This document shows positions 1 to 12,575 of a stretch of DNA of 64,000 nucleotides, one piece after another; positions within the stretch are counted from its first letter, which is position 1; each line of letters begins with the position of its first letter. The notes beneath the pieces are model-generated. The model did no database searches. It was not told the origin of the DNA and saw nothing but the letters and a program-made list of their open reading frames with translations. The stretch spans positions 42,532,001 to 42,596,000 of the forward strand of contig NC_043006.1 of assembly GCF_006345805.1 (NCBI RefSeq). Direction: 5' to 3'. This stretch comes from Octopus sinensis (taxonomy: Eukaryota). The translations under genes and the position numbers were made by a program.

Positions 1-918
1 TATTGACGTAAATGATCGAATTTGTTATTGCTGTTGTTGTTTAGCCACAGGTCAACTCTGATCGAACAGATATATAATCGAAAGCATTCCAGCAATGACT
101 ATCCCATCTTATTAGGTATATACTAGATAAAATTACCTGTGTCAGTTCCTTTTGTAATACGTAGGATGTGTTTTGAGGGAGATTTCTAGCGAGTTGAGAA
201 ACCACGTCGAGGTTTCCTCGTTGTCTCGGCTTAACGGAGTATACTTCTTTCTCCATTTAGTTCGCCCTATCTTCAAACGGAATGTGTTAAAGATCTCTTA
301 AATAAAAAATGCTGAATCAAGTATAAAAAAATTCTATTTTGAAGTCCTGTTTCTGAAGACATATCCTGGAATAAAATTACCTAAGAGACCAAGAAGCCGA
401 CAACCAATTCTTTCTTCTTTTCTTGTTGAGAGAAGATAGCATTTTAATTAAGATAGTTTTTGTATATTTTTAACTTAGTTTCCCCGTAGAATTAAGCTAA
501 GATATACCAATAGATTTTGAAGTATAAAAACAAATAACAAGAAAGATATCGAAGAAAGAGTACTGTTGACACTGAAATAAAATCTGGCTGCGTGCCACAA
601 CAACTTAAAATAACTCTGATTCACGTGTAGCTAAGACGAAAGTATCTGGCTGTAAAAGTGAAGGATGCAATTTAATAAATCGTTAAATATATGTTTAGCC
701 GCAGCTAGGTAAATTATTGGTAGTTAGGAAATAGCCATTGCGCTGCTTGTATGTATGTTAATTTGTAATATCAGCGCTTGTGACACTAATGGTAGGGTAG
801 AAGCAACAGGCGAGTTTGAAATAGCCAACTACTTATAAATTAGATGTTTTCTTTGTTTTTGATTTTTCCATGACATTTTCTAGTCATCTATCCCAACTCC
901 CTATTAAATAAATATGAT

Positions 919-944
919 GTGCGTGCGTGCGCGCGCGCGCGCGC

Positions 945-995
<51 letters not shown>

Positions 996-1545
996 CGTGT
1001 ATGTGTGCAGGCGTCCACATGTATACGCACGTGTGCGCATGCTGGTTGGTAAAACGTAAATGAATTCTCAACCTTATTTTCGAGATTGTTTCAGCTGAAA
1101 GAGAAGTCTGGTATTACGTGCCAACATCCCAAATCTATTAATGCATTTCAAGATGTATGTATGTATGTATGTATGTATGTATGTATGTATGTATGTATGT
1201 ATGTATGTATGTATGTATGTATGTATGTATGTATGTATGTATGCATGCATGCATGCATGCATGCATGTATGTATGTATGTATGTATGTATGTTTGTTTTT
1301 GTGTGTGTGCATGTATATATATATGTCTGTGTGTATGTATGTATTTATGCCTGTGTATATATACATATATACATACATACATACTTACAGGTAGATAGAC
1401 AGATAGATAGATAGACAGATAGATAGATAGACAAATAGATGGGAGGGTGGGTAGGTAGGTAGATAGATAGATAGATAAATCGATAGCTAGACATATAAAG
1501 CGATAGATAAATCGATCGATAGATAGATAGACAGATAGGTAGATT
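919..1545. repeat. Compound microsatellite (GC/GT)n, (TATG)n, (GATA)n
   Basis: Directly visible tandem repeats; they explain the MYVC/YIHT ORFs at 1074-1625. Confidence 0.95.
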
Positions 1546-1838
1546 GCCAAGCTGTCTCTTGTCATCTTCCATTTGCAATGTCTTAGTATTAAGAAAAAGA
1601 AACACGGGTTTTGTAAACCAGCCAAGAGTCGGACTAAAAACGTACTTTACCATTGTTGTTACGTTGTTTTCCATGCTGATTTCAATTCTGGTCGAAGTTT
1701 ACTTTGTCTTTCATAAAATAAGTACCAAGAGTATATTTTTACGTTGATTTAATCTGCAGAACCATATTGATCGAAAAGAGCAATATTGATTGCGCAGAGT
1801 TCTATGATGAAAGCCAATTCTAGCTATGAATACCCCGT

Positions 1839-1874
<36 letters not shown>

Positions 1875-2309
1875 ATTTATTACATAAATCACTGAAACTA
1901 CGAATAATAAATCTTGTGGCCAAATAAAAGTAAAAAATAATAATAATAAAAAAAAAAACCCACTGTTTAATATTGCTAGAAATGTTATGCACGCAAATTC
2001 AAGGACAGACTTTTTTCGTCGAGGCAACACTAAAAATTGATGTTTCACATTAGCTCAATGTTGAAAATTGTAAGGAAGGAGGAGGAGGAAGAGGAGGAGT
2101 AGGAGGAGGAAACATAATTGATTGCATCATTCTTATCCCCATAAAAAAAAAGCTTTCTGAACAGAAATCATTTAACCAACTATGAGTCCACGAAGTAGCC
2201 TTTACATGATCACTGAACCTGCAAGAAATAGCGTCCAGATCTCCCTCATCGCACGTTGTCATTTTCTTTAAGGAGAGTACATATTTGATTCTGTAGTTCT
2301 AATTTCCAC

Positions 2310-2410
2310 CCAAAACATAGTATGGTCGTACTTGGAATGTCTTTGGTCATAGATAGCTCCGCTCGATCAGTGTTGACCTGGGGCTAAACCTGCGACAACA
2401 GCAACAACAA
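2310..2410 (-). repeat. Dispersed repeat fragment, inverted copy of the sequence at ~25-105
   Basis: Reverse complement TTAGCCCCAGGTCAACACTGATCGAGC matches TTAGCCACAGGTCAACTCTGATCGAAC at ~41-67. Confidence 0.6.
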
Positions 2411-2519
2411 GTTAACACGTAGCAAGTAGAGTTAATATCTGGCGGAAATGATCGCCGCTAACAGCAATATAAAATACCAGACAAATTGAGACAAAACTAT
2501 AAATAGTCGTAAAACCAAC

Positions 2520-2735
2520 TTCAATACAAGCCATTGAAATGGCTTCTACGCAGTTGTGCGACTCACGAGAAGCAGCCAAATCTACCAGACTTACAAAAAA
2601 TTAATAAAATGTAAAAAAAAAAAAGAAAAAGAAAAGAAAATTAGCTCTAGGACCGATTTGATTGGCTGAAGCCTTCAAGGTGGCACCCTAAGCATTGGCT
2701 GCAGTCTTGCAAAACAAGAGACGAGTAAAAGAATT
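2520..2735 (+). mobile_element. Old SINE 3' fragment sharing the family A tail
   Basis: Ends GGTGGCACCCTAAGCATTGGCTGCAGTC...GAGTAAAAGAAT, a degenerate form of the family A tail GGCGGTGCTCCAGCATGGCCGCAGTC...GTAAAAGAGT. Confidence 0.5.
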
Positions 2736-3525
2736 TTAAATAAGAATTTTTTCTACATATAAAACGTTTATTGTAAAGAACTGGTCAACTACTGGTTCGA
2801 GAAATATTTAGATTATACACGGTGTCTACGTCTCATTCTGAGTTTAGGCCGTCCACTTGAATCTACATAACTCAGTTCACATAGCATTGGGCCGGTGTTT
2901 TTTTTTTTTTATTCAAGAGAAGATAACTCTTCTCTCATCCTGTTGATGGCATGAAATTTGTGCTGAGCACAAGTTTCATGCTCTTAAAAACCTATTGTTA
3001 AACACAAATCTCCTGAGGTTTATTAACTTCACAAGGCTTATTAACCTCATGAAGCATAAGAACTCTGTAAAACTACTGAATATACTTAAATCTCATATGA
3101 CCATGCAGGTGCAGTGACGTAACACGAGTGTGTGTGTGCTACTCGGGGCAGCTCCTGAGTGTGCCGCGTCTCCCCCATCCTTCCCCGCCGCGGTTTTCCA
3201 AGCGTATGCAGGCTGATACAGCACATTCAAAAAGTGGCACTCGCATAAAAGCGTCGCACGAGACAGACCGCCTTCCTACCCCTTGCCCCCTCTCCCTCTT
3301 CCCCCTCACACCTTCTCCCCTTCGATCCTTTGACCTCCCCCTGTCCCCTTACCCCCACCGCCCCCTTGCCCACCTCGCGTCCTTAACCCTTCGCCACTCT
3401 CCACCCTGCTAGGCTACCGATGCTGGTGTACCTATTCATTCACAGACACTACTTTCAATTTATGCAGTACAAACACAAAATAACTCCCACCACCTCAGGA
3501 GAGAGAAAGATCGAGACAGACAGAC

Positions 3526-3560
<35 letters not shown>

Positions 3561-4036
3561 AGCAGAGAAAACGCAGCTACTGGTGGCGTATGAACTCATG
3601 ATCTTCCAACCAAGAGACTAGCACATTATATATCAAGAACTTTTTACTACGCCTCAACCACAAAAGCTAAAAAGAAAAAAATGTAAACTAATAAATTCAA
3701 TTTCTGTAAACTTGTGTAATAAATTCTCTATGCTGTCTTTAATTTCAATATAATTACTAAGCATTCAGGAAGTTTTCCTTGTGTTGATGTATTGTGGTGT
3801 ATTGATTGTGGCTCTGGTTTATTATGTTTTTTTTATACGATTTCTTTTATCTTTTACAACGAAAAAAATGTATTAATAAGTTCTAAACAATGCGAGAATA
3901 TATTCTTTGATAAATGTTCCATGATGATCCACTTGTGAAGGGTGAGAAGTAACATCAAACATCTTGAATAATAAATGTTGTTACTGCATACACTTATGTG
4001 CCTTTCAGTATAAATGTGTTTGCATACACGCGTGTG

Positions 4037-4043
4037 TATGCGT

Positions 4044-4113
<70 letters not shown>

Positions 4114-4563
4114 CATTATTATTATTATTATTATTAATCACGAATATATACACAAGCAAAAATATATATATACATAGAATGAGTGATCCTTTCTGCAAAT
4201 GTATTCAATTGCGTTTCAATATAATTTCGTGTAAAACTACATGCATACGCTTAAAATGTAGCTTGCACATACATACATACATACATGCATACGTACATAC
4301 ATACATACATACATACATACATACATACATACATACATACATACATACATACATACATACATACATACATACATACATACATACATACATACATACGTAC
4401 ATACATACGTACATGCATGCATACACACTTGTAAAATCATTCACCAAATTGAGTATATATATATAAATTGATGTGTGTATATACATGTATAAATATGCAT
4501 ATATATAGGTGCATAATGCAAAATTATATACATTTATGTATATATAAATATATATATACATAC

Positions 4564-4606
<43 letters not shown>

Positions 4607-4660
4607 TGGTGTATGTACATGTATAAATATGCATACATATGGATGTATAATGTAAAAGTA
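4037..4660. repeat. (ATT)n, (CATA)n and (TA)n microsatellites
   Basis: Directly visible. Confidence 0.95.
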
Positions 4661-5563
4661 TATACATGTGTGTGGGGGGGGGTGTATGTGTGTGCACGCG
4701 CCTGTGTATGTGTGTGTAACTGTGATGTGATCCTTTCTGAAAATGCATTCAATTGTGTTTCAATATAATTTCATGTTTTAAGAGAATAATAAAAAAAGTG
4801 AAATAATAAATAAATAAATAAATATATAAACGAATAAATAAATGCATTTCAGGATAATATATTGAAATTGCAGTCTTAACATTTCTTTCATTCAGTTATT
4901 TGCAATGTTTCTTTGTGTATATATATATATATATATATACTTCTTATCAAACAGAGTGGAGCCGAATGTTTTCAGTATTGATACCAACGGATGAGGTGTT
5001 TATAGTGGAAAGGAGATATACCATGGCAACTAATATCAGGATAAGGGTTCAAATAAAAGAAAAGCTGCAAAGATTAGACGAAAATTCCTTCACAATGGTT
5101 TTTCTCTGTATCTCTTTCTCGAGTAATAATTTAATTCAATGTGCAAAGCGTTGTAGTGTAGCTGCAAATGTTTGGTGAACCAAAACTGATAGACATTTCA
5201 TTTCATTTCATTTCATTTCTCTTTGGCTGTTAAAACTCTTCAGAAAGGCATGAGCATCCTATAATCTCATTTCTTATCATTTATAAATCTTGAAACCTTG
5301 AGCTGAAGCTATGGAGGAAAAAAAAAATCGATAATCTAAAGAAACGAAAATCCTTTGTTCTTTATAGAAATTGTGGCAATTTAGTTTATTCAAGCATCTA
5401 AAAGTACTTTTAAAAGAGAAGGCCTACATTTTCTTTGCAGCGATAAATGCTTTCTTCTCATATTTTCTAACGAAGAGAATAGTTTTTGGTCATTCCAGTT
5501 TTACATTTCAGTAAATTTAGTATGACCTAATAAAGGAGCATAAAAATGCATTAAATATCTCAT

Positions 5564-5965
5564 TACTCTTTTACTCTTTTACTTGTTTCAGTCATTTGAC
5601 TGCGGCCATGCTGAAGCACCGTCTTTAGTCGAGCAAATCGACCCCAGGACTTATTCTTTGTAAGCCTAGTACTTATTCTATAGGTCTCTTTTTGCCGAAC
5701 CGCTAAGTTACGGAGACGTAAACACACCAGCATCGGTTCTCAAGCGATGTTGGGGGGAGGGGACAAACGCACACACACATATATATACATATACATATAT
5801 ACGACGGGCTTCTTTCAGTTTCCGTCTACCAAATCCACTCACAAGGCTTTGGTCGGCTCGATGCTATAGTAGAAGACACTTGCCCAAGGTGCCACGCAGT
5901 GGGACTGAACCTGAAACCATGTGTTTGGTTAGCAAGCTACTTACCACACAGCCACTCCTGCGCCT
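5564..5965 (-). mobile_element. tRNA-derived SINE, family A, full length
   Basis: On the - strand: tRNA-like head (GGCTGTGTGGTAAGTAGC...GGTTCAGTCCC), internal (TA/TG)n, (AAGAGTA)n tail; many paralogues in the window. Confidence 0.9.
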
Positions 5966-6569
5966 ATGCAAAATATGCAAAAATTTTAATTACATTTACT
6001 GGGAAAAAGTAATTACAAAAATTAGGATTCAAATTAAATATAACTAGAGCATTACACACACACACACACACACACACACATACTTTCATGTTTGTAAAGT
6101 CAAAATGTTCAACAACTGAGAGTGGTCAGCAGCAAATGGAAAATGTACGTTTTTAAACTGAAAGGAATTATTCTGTAGAGGCAGGGTCAATGTAGAGATT
6201 AAGAGCTAGCAAGAGAGATAAAATGGAGAAAGCTTATCTATGGCCCTATAGTTGTCGATGAAGGCTAAGAAGGAGTGAGAGGCAGAAAGCAGATATACTT
6301 CTGTTCAAATTGGCAAAAGAAAGGGTAGTCACCTGATTAATCACTTGATTTGCCAAAATACTATATGGGGAAACGGTGAAACTAAAATGATATCTGCATA
6401 AGGTCTTTACGTAAGTACTTAAATTGCATGGAAAATATTAACCAATTAGAACCAATTTGAAACAGAGGTAACAATGACTAAATGATAGTGTAAAGATACT
6501 TATAGGAGTGGGCTATACAGATAGTGAGTTGGTCAAAGGACCAACGGAAAATAGCATGTAAGCATACGC

Positions 6570-6836
6570 ACATGGAGGCACATGGCCTAGTGGTTAGAGC
6601 AGCGGTCGAGGGATCGCGGGTTCGAATCTCAGACCGGGCGATGTGTGTGTTTATGAGTGAAACACCTAATCTCCACGCGGCTCCGGCAGAAGGTAATGGC
6701 GAACTTCTGCTGACTCTTTCACCACAACTTTCTCTCACTCTTTCCTCCTGCATCTTGCAGCTCACTTGCGACGGACCGGCGTCCCGTCCAGGTGGGGAAC
6801 CTATACGCCAAGGAAACCGGGAAAACGGCCCTTAAG
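6570..6836 (+). mobile_element. tRNA-derived SINE, family C (3' part resembles the Meta/V-SINE domain)
   Basis: A box TGGCCTAGTGG, B box GGTTCGAATC; 3' TGCGACGGACCGGCGTCCCGTCCAGG...GAAACCGGGA; second copy at 52671-52889. Confidence 0.85.
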
Positions 6837-7786
6837 GAAACAACAATACGCACGTGGAAGCCTGCTTGATATGTACACAAAATGGAAGTGTGTCTTCTTC
6901 GTGTGCACGCTCACTGAAAATGAGGCATGCATCTGTGTACATGAACGTGTACATTGCTAAAGGATTAGCACGATTGGTTATCATGCAAGTAAGTCTACAG
7001 AAGATTGCATGAGCCTTCGTACAAGTGATTCTGCAAGTGAGGTAAAACAAACAACAATATAGCATTTTGCGAAATTACATATATCGTGTGCTTTCGAATC
7101 ACTACGTGCAGTAAATGAACGATGAGTTGAGACGAAAGTACAAATTGCAAGGCGCTGAAAGTAAGTTGCCTAATTAAATTGTCGCATGTATTGTGCTTGT
7201 ATTCATGTTAATGGAATGTGTGTATGCGTGTAAAAATAAAATAAAATAAATATATTGAATACATAATAAATCAATCTGAGGGGAAAAGAAATACAGACAG
7301 AAAATTCTTAGTGGTGATTGACTAAGAAATATTCCTGTTTAAAACAGTTAAAAATTTGAGATCATTAATTACAATTTCAACAAAAAGAGAAAACATGATC
7401 TATCGCTATACTTGGAAGAATTATTGGAACATACAAACAGTCCAAGACATAGTTTGTTTACATAAACAAAGAATTACAGCTGTATTTTGACTGGTTTAGG
7501 AGTTTTTTTTTCCCCAATTCTGTAGAGAGATGATTGTATCACAGCTGTCATGTTTCTGTATTTCAAAAGTAGTTACATGGTGCAGGAAATGATAGTAACT
7601 GCCGTGCCAGTGATGGTCTATGTTCTTTACCACTGATAATTACTGTTATCGTTGCTGATTCCTTTTATTTTTGGCCCTTAACGAAACGGTAACAGAGGTG
7701 AAACGTGTAGCCTCTGACATTTTAGCGTGTGTAAGAAATGGATCCAAACTGTGGGAAACAGTGAGTTGGCTTTCACACACACACGC

Positions 7787-7843
<57 letters not shown>

Positions 7844-8071
7844 TACATATACACAAATTTGTGCTTATTTACGTTCCGCAGTTCTCTGACGAGTGCTTTC
7901 AATGGCCGAAACAACGTGGATGGGGTAGAAAAAGCTAATACACACACTAAATGTGGATGCATTGTTAGATTACCGAATACAACTAACGATATATGTGTGC
8001 TCTTCGCAGCATGAATCTGTGCGAGAGGTTCTCTCAGGACGAATACCACATTGAAGACGCAGGAGGACAAT

Positions 8072-8406
8072 GAAAGGGGTACCAAGATCTAGATATCTAA
8101 ACAACGCTATTGATTGACTCGTGCAAGTTTATTTTGGGAAAATGCTCGTGTTCTGAAGCCATAATGTAATCATGAAGGAAGTTCCAACATTTTGTCAAGG
8201 TCTATCTTGACAAAAAATGTTTTCGTAGTGAAGTTGACGGTGTCTAGGAAAGGCCACATAGAGTGTGTTGTGGAAGAACCTGGTAACTAATTTACAAACT
8301 TTCTACGAAGTCATGTAATGCACGAAGATGGCAATTTACCGGGTACGGCATATGCATTTATGAATTATTATTTAAACATAATGATTCACCGGTTATTCAA
8401 ATATAA
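8072..8406 (+). repeat. Local duplication, copy 1 (paralogue of 11819-12575; partial third copy at 14667-14812)
   Basis: Colinear near-identity read directly. Confidence 0.9.
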
Positions 8407-9288
8407 ACACTGCCATTCGGTAGAAATATTGCTTTCATCGCTAAGATATGTTTGTGTGTGTGTGTGTGCATGCGCGTGTGTATGTGTGTGCGTGCGAGAG
8501 AGTAATAGTCATAAATTAGATTGGTTCTGTAGTAGATAATCTAATTTTCATATTTGCGTTTTTCCTTTCAATAAATAGTATCTATTTTAAATACAGCTTA
8601 GCATAACTCAGAAATATATTGGGAGACTTCGCTTCCAATCTGAGACATTCGCATAGCCATGAACGCCTTTGTGTTTCTCGGTTATCACATGCTGTATCTT
8701 ACCCTATCTTAGATAACTATTCTGATCGCCATGTTGTTGCTATAAGGCGAAACTCAATTGAATTATTTTACTTCACTCATTCGCTTAACATCTGTCAAGG
8801 AGCTGAACTTCCCAGCTTCGCTTTCTCAGGTAACAACACTAAAAAGAATTGTTTCTCTTTCAGCCACCTTAAACCAGACATCACATTAAACTGAATGAGA
8901 AGTATTTTGACCATGTCTATTTCTACGTTTCTCACCTACTCCAGTGCTATTTATTATTTGCTAGCGAATAAATGGCTCTAAATTATAACGTTAACATGAT
9001 TAACTTAAAGTTATTTTGTACAATATTGAATTACTCCAGTTTGGTTTATCTTAATGCAAAACACGTTCTACTTGAACGAATCACAATATTGCCTTTACGC
9101 TTTCATTTCTCCGGGCCAATTTTCATAACAATTTTTCTACAATATTAATTATTCAAGTGACTATTTGACAAAAATATGTGTGAACGCTTTATATAAAACT
9201 TTAATCAAACTTTATAGTGGCTGGAGAAAGTCATATTGTCTTAATGCCTTATTATCTAACACTTTCACCAGTTCGATTCCCAGTCATT

Positions 9289-9326
<38 letters not shown>

Positions 9327-9440
9327 ATATTTCGGAATGGTCATTTTGCCAGTTTAGCCAATAAAAACACACGCACTATATATTTGGTGTTACTTTGCTT
9401 CAGTGTTATTTATTTTTTACATTAATCTTAATCTTATTTC

Positions 9441-9485
9441 GGCCAGAGTTCTTTCGTCACACTCCTGTGACCGCATCAGTGGTCC
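9441..9485 (-). ncRNA. Minimal type I hammerhead ribozyme (variant core), inverted pLTR copy
   Basis: Reverse complement of 10767-10811. Confidence 0.6.
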
Positions 9486-9651
9486 TTTGTTTTCTTCTTT
9501 CTTATTTGTGTCTCTCCTTACTAATCGTCAGCCATTTTGTATTTCTATTGTATGTCTTCATTTGCGCATGCTTATATCTCTATGTGCGTCTATGTTTATT
9601 TAGTGTGTGTGTGTGGGGGGATGCCTGTAATATTTGTATCTTCTGTTTATA

Positions 9652-10361
9652 AAGAAAGGATCAGAGTATACAAAGGAGCCATGAAGAAATTTGATAATAT
9701 ATTATGTAATGATAGGAATGGGATTTGCCCACTCTATAGGAACAAGTCATGGAACACTATAGAAAAGACAAAAATGAAAATAGGGAAGGCCAACTCTTGG
9801 TATGATAGCTATAAATACCAGAGTGTCATGTTCGTTGACACCACCCCTGGAGTTGAACTGGCGTACCGCTTTAGAAGGACCCTAGACAAACTTAAGCTAA
9901 GGACTAAGGTTGTTGAAAAGCCAGGCAACCCTATCAAATCTATAATTGGTAGAACCTATCCTTTTAGTAGAACCCCCTGTACGGATAAGTACTGTACTGT
10001 ATGTAGATTTAGCTCACAAACAAGCTGTAAAGCCAGAAATGTAGTCTATAGTATAAGATGTATAGAAGGACGATGCAGTAACAAGACAACGACATACGTA
10101 GGGGAAACGGCAAGAAGCATAGAAGAGCGGGTAAATGAAATATGGAGACAACTCAAGGAAGGTAAAAGCTCATCGATTCTGTACCAACACGCCGAACAGG
10201 AACACGGGGGATCTATCAACAACATAGAAATTAAAATATTGTCCACACATAGAACAGATGCAACAATCAGACAAATTACAGAAGCTACACACATAATAGA
10301 AAATAAACCTAGCCTGAATAGAAAACTAGAATGGAACACAAGCACACACCACAACATATGA
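9652..10361 (+). CDS. PLE ORF C-terminal fragment (linker plus GIY-YIG endonuclease)
   Basis: PLYR..W, SVMFVDTTPG, CxxC, VVYSIRC, YVGETARSIEER, RQITEA, PSLN motifs. The first ~38 aa of track ORF 9537..10361 come from the inverted pLTR. Confidence 0.88.
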
Positions 10362-10766
10362 CGGTAGAGGATCCCGAAAACATAATAAATACACAGACAA
10401 ATAAACAAATAGAAATAAATAACTATATTTTTTTTATATATATATTTTTTCAATCTATTATTATTATTACTAGTATTGTTGTTATACATACATACATACA
10501 TACATACAAGCATATGTAATGATAATAATAAGTGGATGTAAACACATGAACAAAATAAGAATAAACAAAAACAACAACAACAAAAACAAATTACATGAAC
10601 GTATATAAACAGAAGATACAATATTACAGGCTTCCCTCACACACACACACTAAATAAACATAGACGCACATAGAGATATAAGCATGCGCAAATGAAGACA
10701 TACAATAGAAATACAAAATGGCTGACAGTTAGTAAGGAGAGACACAAATAAGAAAGAAAAAACAAA

Positions 10767-10811
10767 GGACCACTGATGCGGTCACAGGAGTGTGACGAAA
10801 GAACTCTGGCC
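10767..10811 (+). ncRNA. Minimal type I hammerhead ribozyme (variant core)
   Basis: GGACCA-CTGATGCG-GTCAC(aggagt)GTGAC-GAAA-GAAC-TC^TGGCC: helix I with one bulge, 5-bp helix II, 2-bp helix III. Confidence 0.65.
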
Positions 10812-10986
10812 GAAATAAGATTAAGATTAATGTAAAAAATACACAACACTGAAGCAAAGTAACACCAAATATATAGTGCGTGTGTTTTTATTGGCTAAAC
10901 AGGCAAAATGACCATTCCGAAATATAACAATATCTGTTTCAACACACGACTTCACATAAAAAATCTTGCACAACAAATATATAAAC

Positions 10987-11050
<64 letters not shown>

Positions 11051-11393
11051 TCTTTGTAAATGGATGTTGACTCGGAGCTGCTTTCCTTTTCTTTCAAACT
11101 GATGTTGTAAAATACGAAAATACGAGTGCAGGAACACGTCTATAAATATTTATTATGATTTCTGTCGTAAATTAAGATCTATAGTATTCTATATTTGAAA
11201 TTTCTTTTTTAACATGTACTCAAAAACTATGTTTTATCTATGTGATTACTGAATTACACCAATAGTATCGGAAGAGGTCTATTTTCTGTTGGTCTGTAGA
11301 AAATAGAAAAAATTGTATTTAATCAATTATTGCTGATATATCGAAAACGATTTAATTTAATTTACTATATACACATTCATGTATATACATACA

Positions 11394-11425
<32 letters not shown>

Positions 11426-11475
11426 CATATACATATATACATATACATACATATTCACACACGCACACACACATA

Positions 11476-11515
<40 letters not shown>

Positions 11516-11818
11516 CACTAAAGAAAGATTGAAAAATGGGTACATCACAAATCCTAAGAATGGTATACAATGTATTTTCCAGCCTCGGTCAGTATTATAT
11601 TGATACTATTGATTGAAGCTACGAATCCTTATAACATATTCTGGTGGTAAGCAGGTTGTTTCTTGCAGAGTATACAGAGGGGCACAACTAATATTTCAAT
11701 ACCGTAGTTGAAGCACTAGCACAAAATATAACAGTGTCAATACGATGCGAATCAGCACCAGTCTGCATTCTTTTGTATTCCATAAGGCAACCAAAAAATT
11801 GCAACGCAGAAGGATAGT

Positions 11819-12152
11819 GAAGGGGGTGCCAAGATGTAGATATCTAAACAACGCTATTGATTGACGCGTGCAAGTTTATTTTGGGAAAATGCTCGTGTTC
11901 TGAAGCCATAATGTAATCATGAAGGAAGTTCCAACATTTTGACAAAAAATGTTTTCATAGGAGCAGGAGTGGCTGTGTGGTAAGTAGCTTGCTAACCAAC
12001 CACATGGTTTCAGGTTCAGTTCCACTGCGTGGCACCTTGGGTAAGTGTCTTCTACTATAACCCCGGGCCGACCAAAGCCTTGTGAGTGGATTTGATAGAG
12101 GGAAACTGAAAGAAGCCCGTCGTATATATATATGTGTATGTGTGTATGTATA

Positions 12153-12196
<44 letters not shown>

Positions 12197-12575
12197 TGTG
12201 TGTCCAACATCGCTTGACAGCCGATGCTGGTGTGTTTACGTCCCCGTAATTTAGCGGTTCGGCATAAGAGACCGATAGAATAAGTATTAAGCTTACAAAG
12301 AATAAGTCCTGGGGTTGATTTGCTTGACTAATGGCGGTGCTCCTGCATGGCCGCAGTCAAAATGACTGAAACGAATACAAAATAAAAGAAAAAGAATAGT
12401 TAAGTTGACGGTGTCTAGGAAAGGCCACATAGAGTGTGTAGCGGAAGAAACTGCTAACTAATTTACAAACGTTCTACGAAGTCATGTAATGCACGAGGAT
12501 GGCAACATACCGGGTACGGCATATGCATTTATGTATTATTTAAACATAATAATTCACCCGTTATTCAAATATAAA
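11819..12575 (+). repeat. Local duplication, copy 2, interrupted by a family A SINE
   Basis: Matches 8072-8406 once 11959-12395 is removed. Confidence 0.9.
11959..12395 (+). mobile_element. SINE family A, full length
   Basis: Head, internal microsatellite and tail present; the empty site is visible at ~8221-8232 (TTTCGTAGTGAAG). Confidence 0.9.

Larger units (their letters stand above)
9319..10988 (+). mobile_element. 5'-truncated Penelope-like element (Neptune-type) with inverted 5' pseudo-LTR
   Basis: GIY-YIG coding region; 9319-9651 is the reverse complement of 10604-10933; (TA)n on both flanks; hammerhead motif in the pLTR. Confidence 0.9.

Noticed and set aside
1074-1625. Long MYVC/YIHT/HT/YI ORFs here and at 4-4.7, 13.2, 16-17.7, 24.4-25.6 and 28 kb
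   Set aside because: Translations of di- and tetranucleotide microsatellites that lack stop codons.
4900-5178. 92-aa ORF
   Set aside because: Starts in (TA)n; no recognisable domain or convincing splice sites.
7871-7920. CTGACGA...GAAA hammerhead-like spacing
   Set aside because: Helix II has mismatches, and no helix I/III with an NUH site can be formed.
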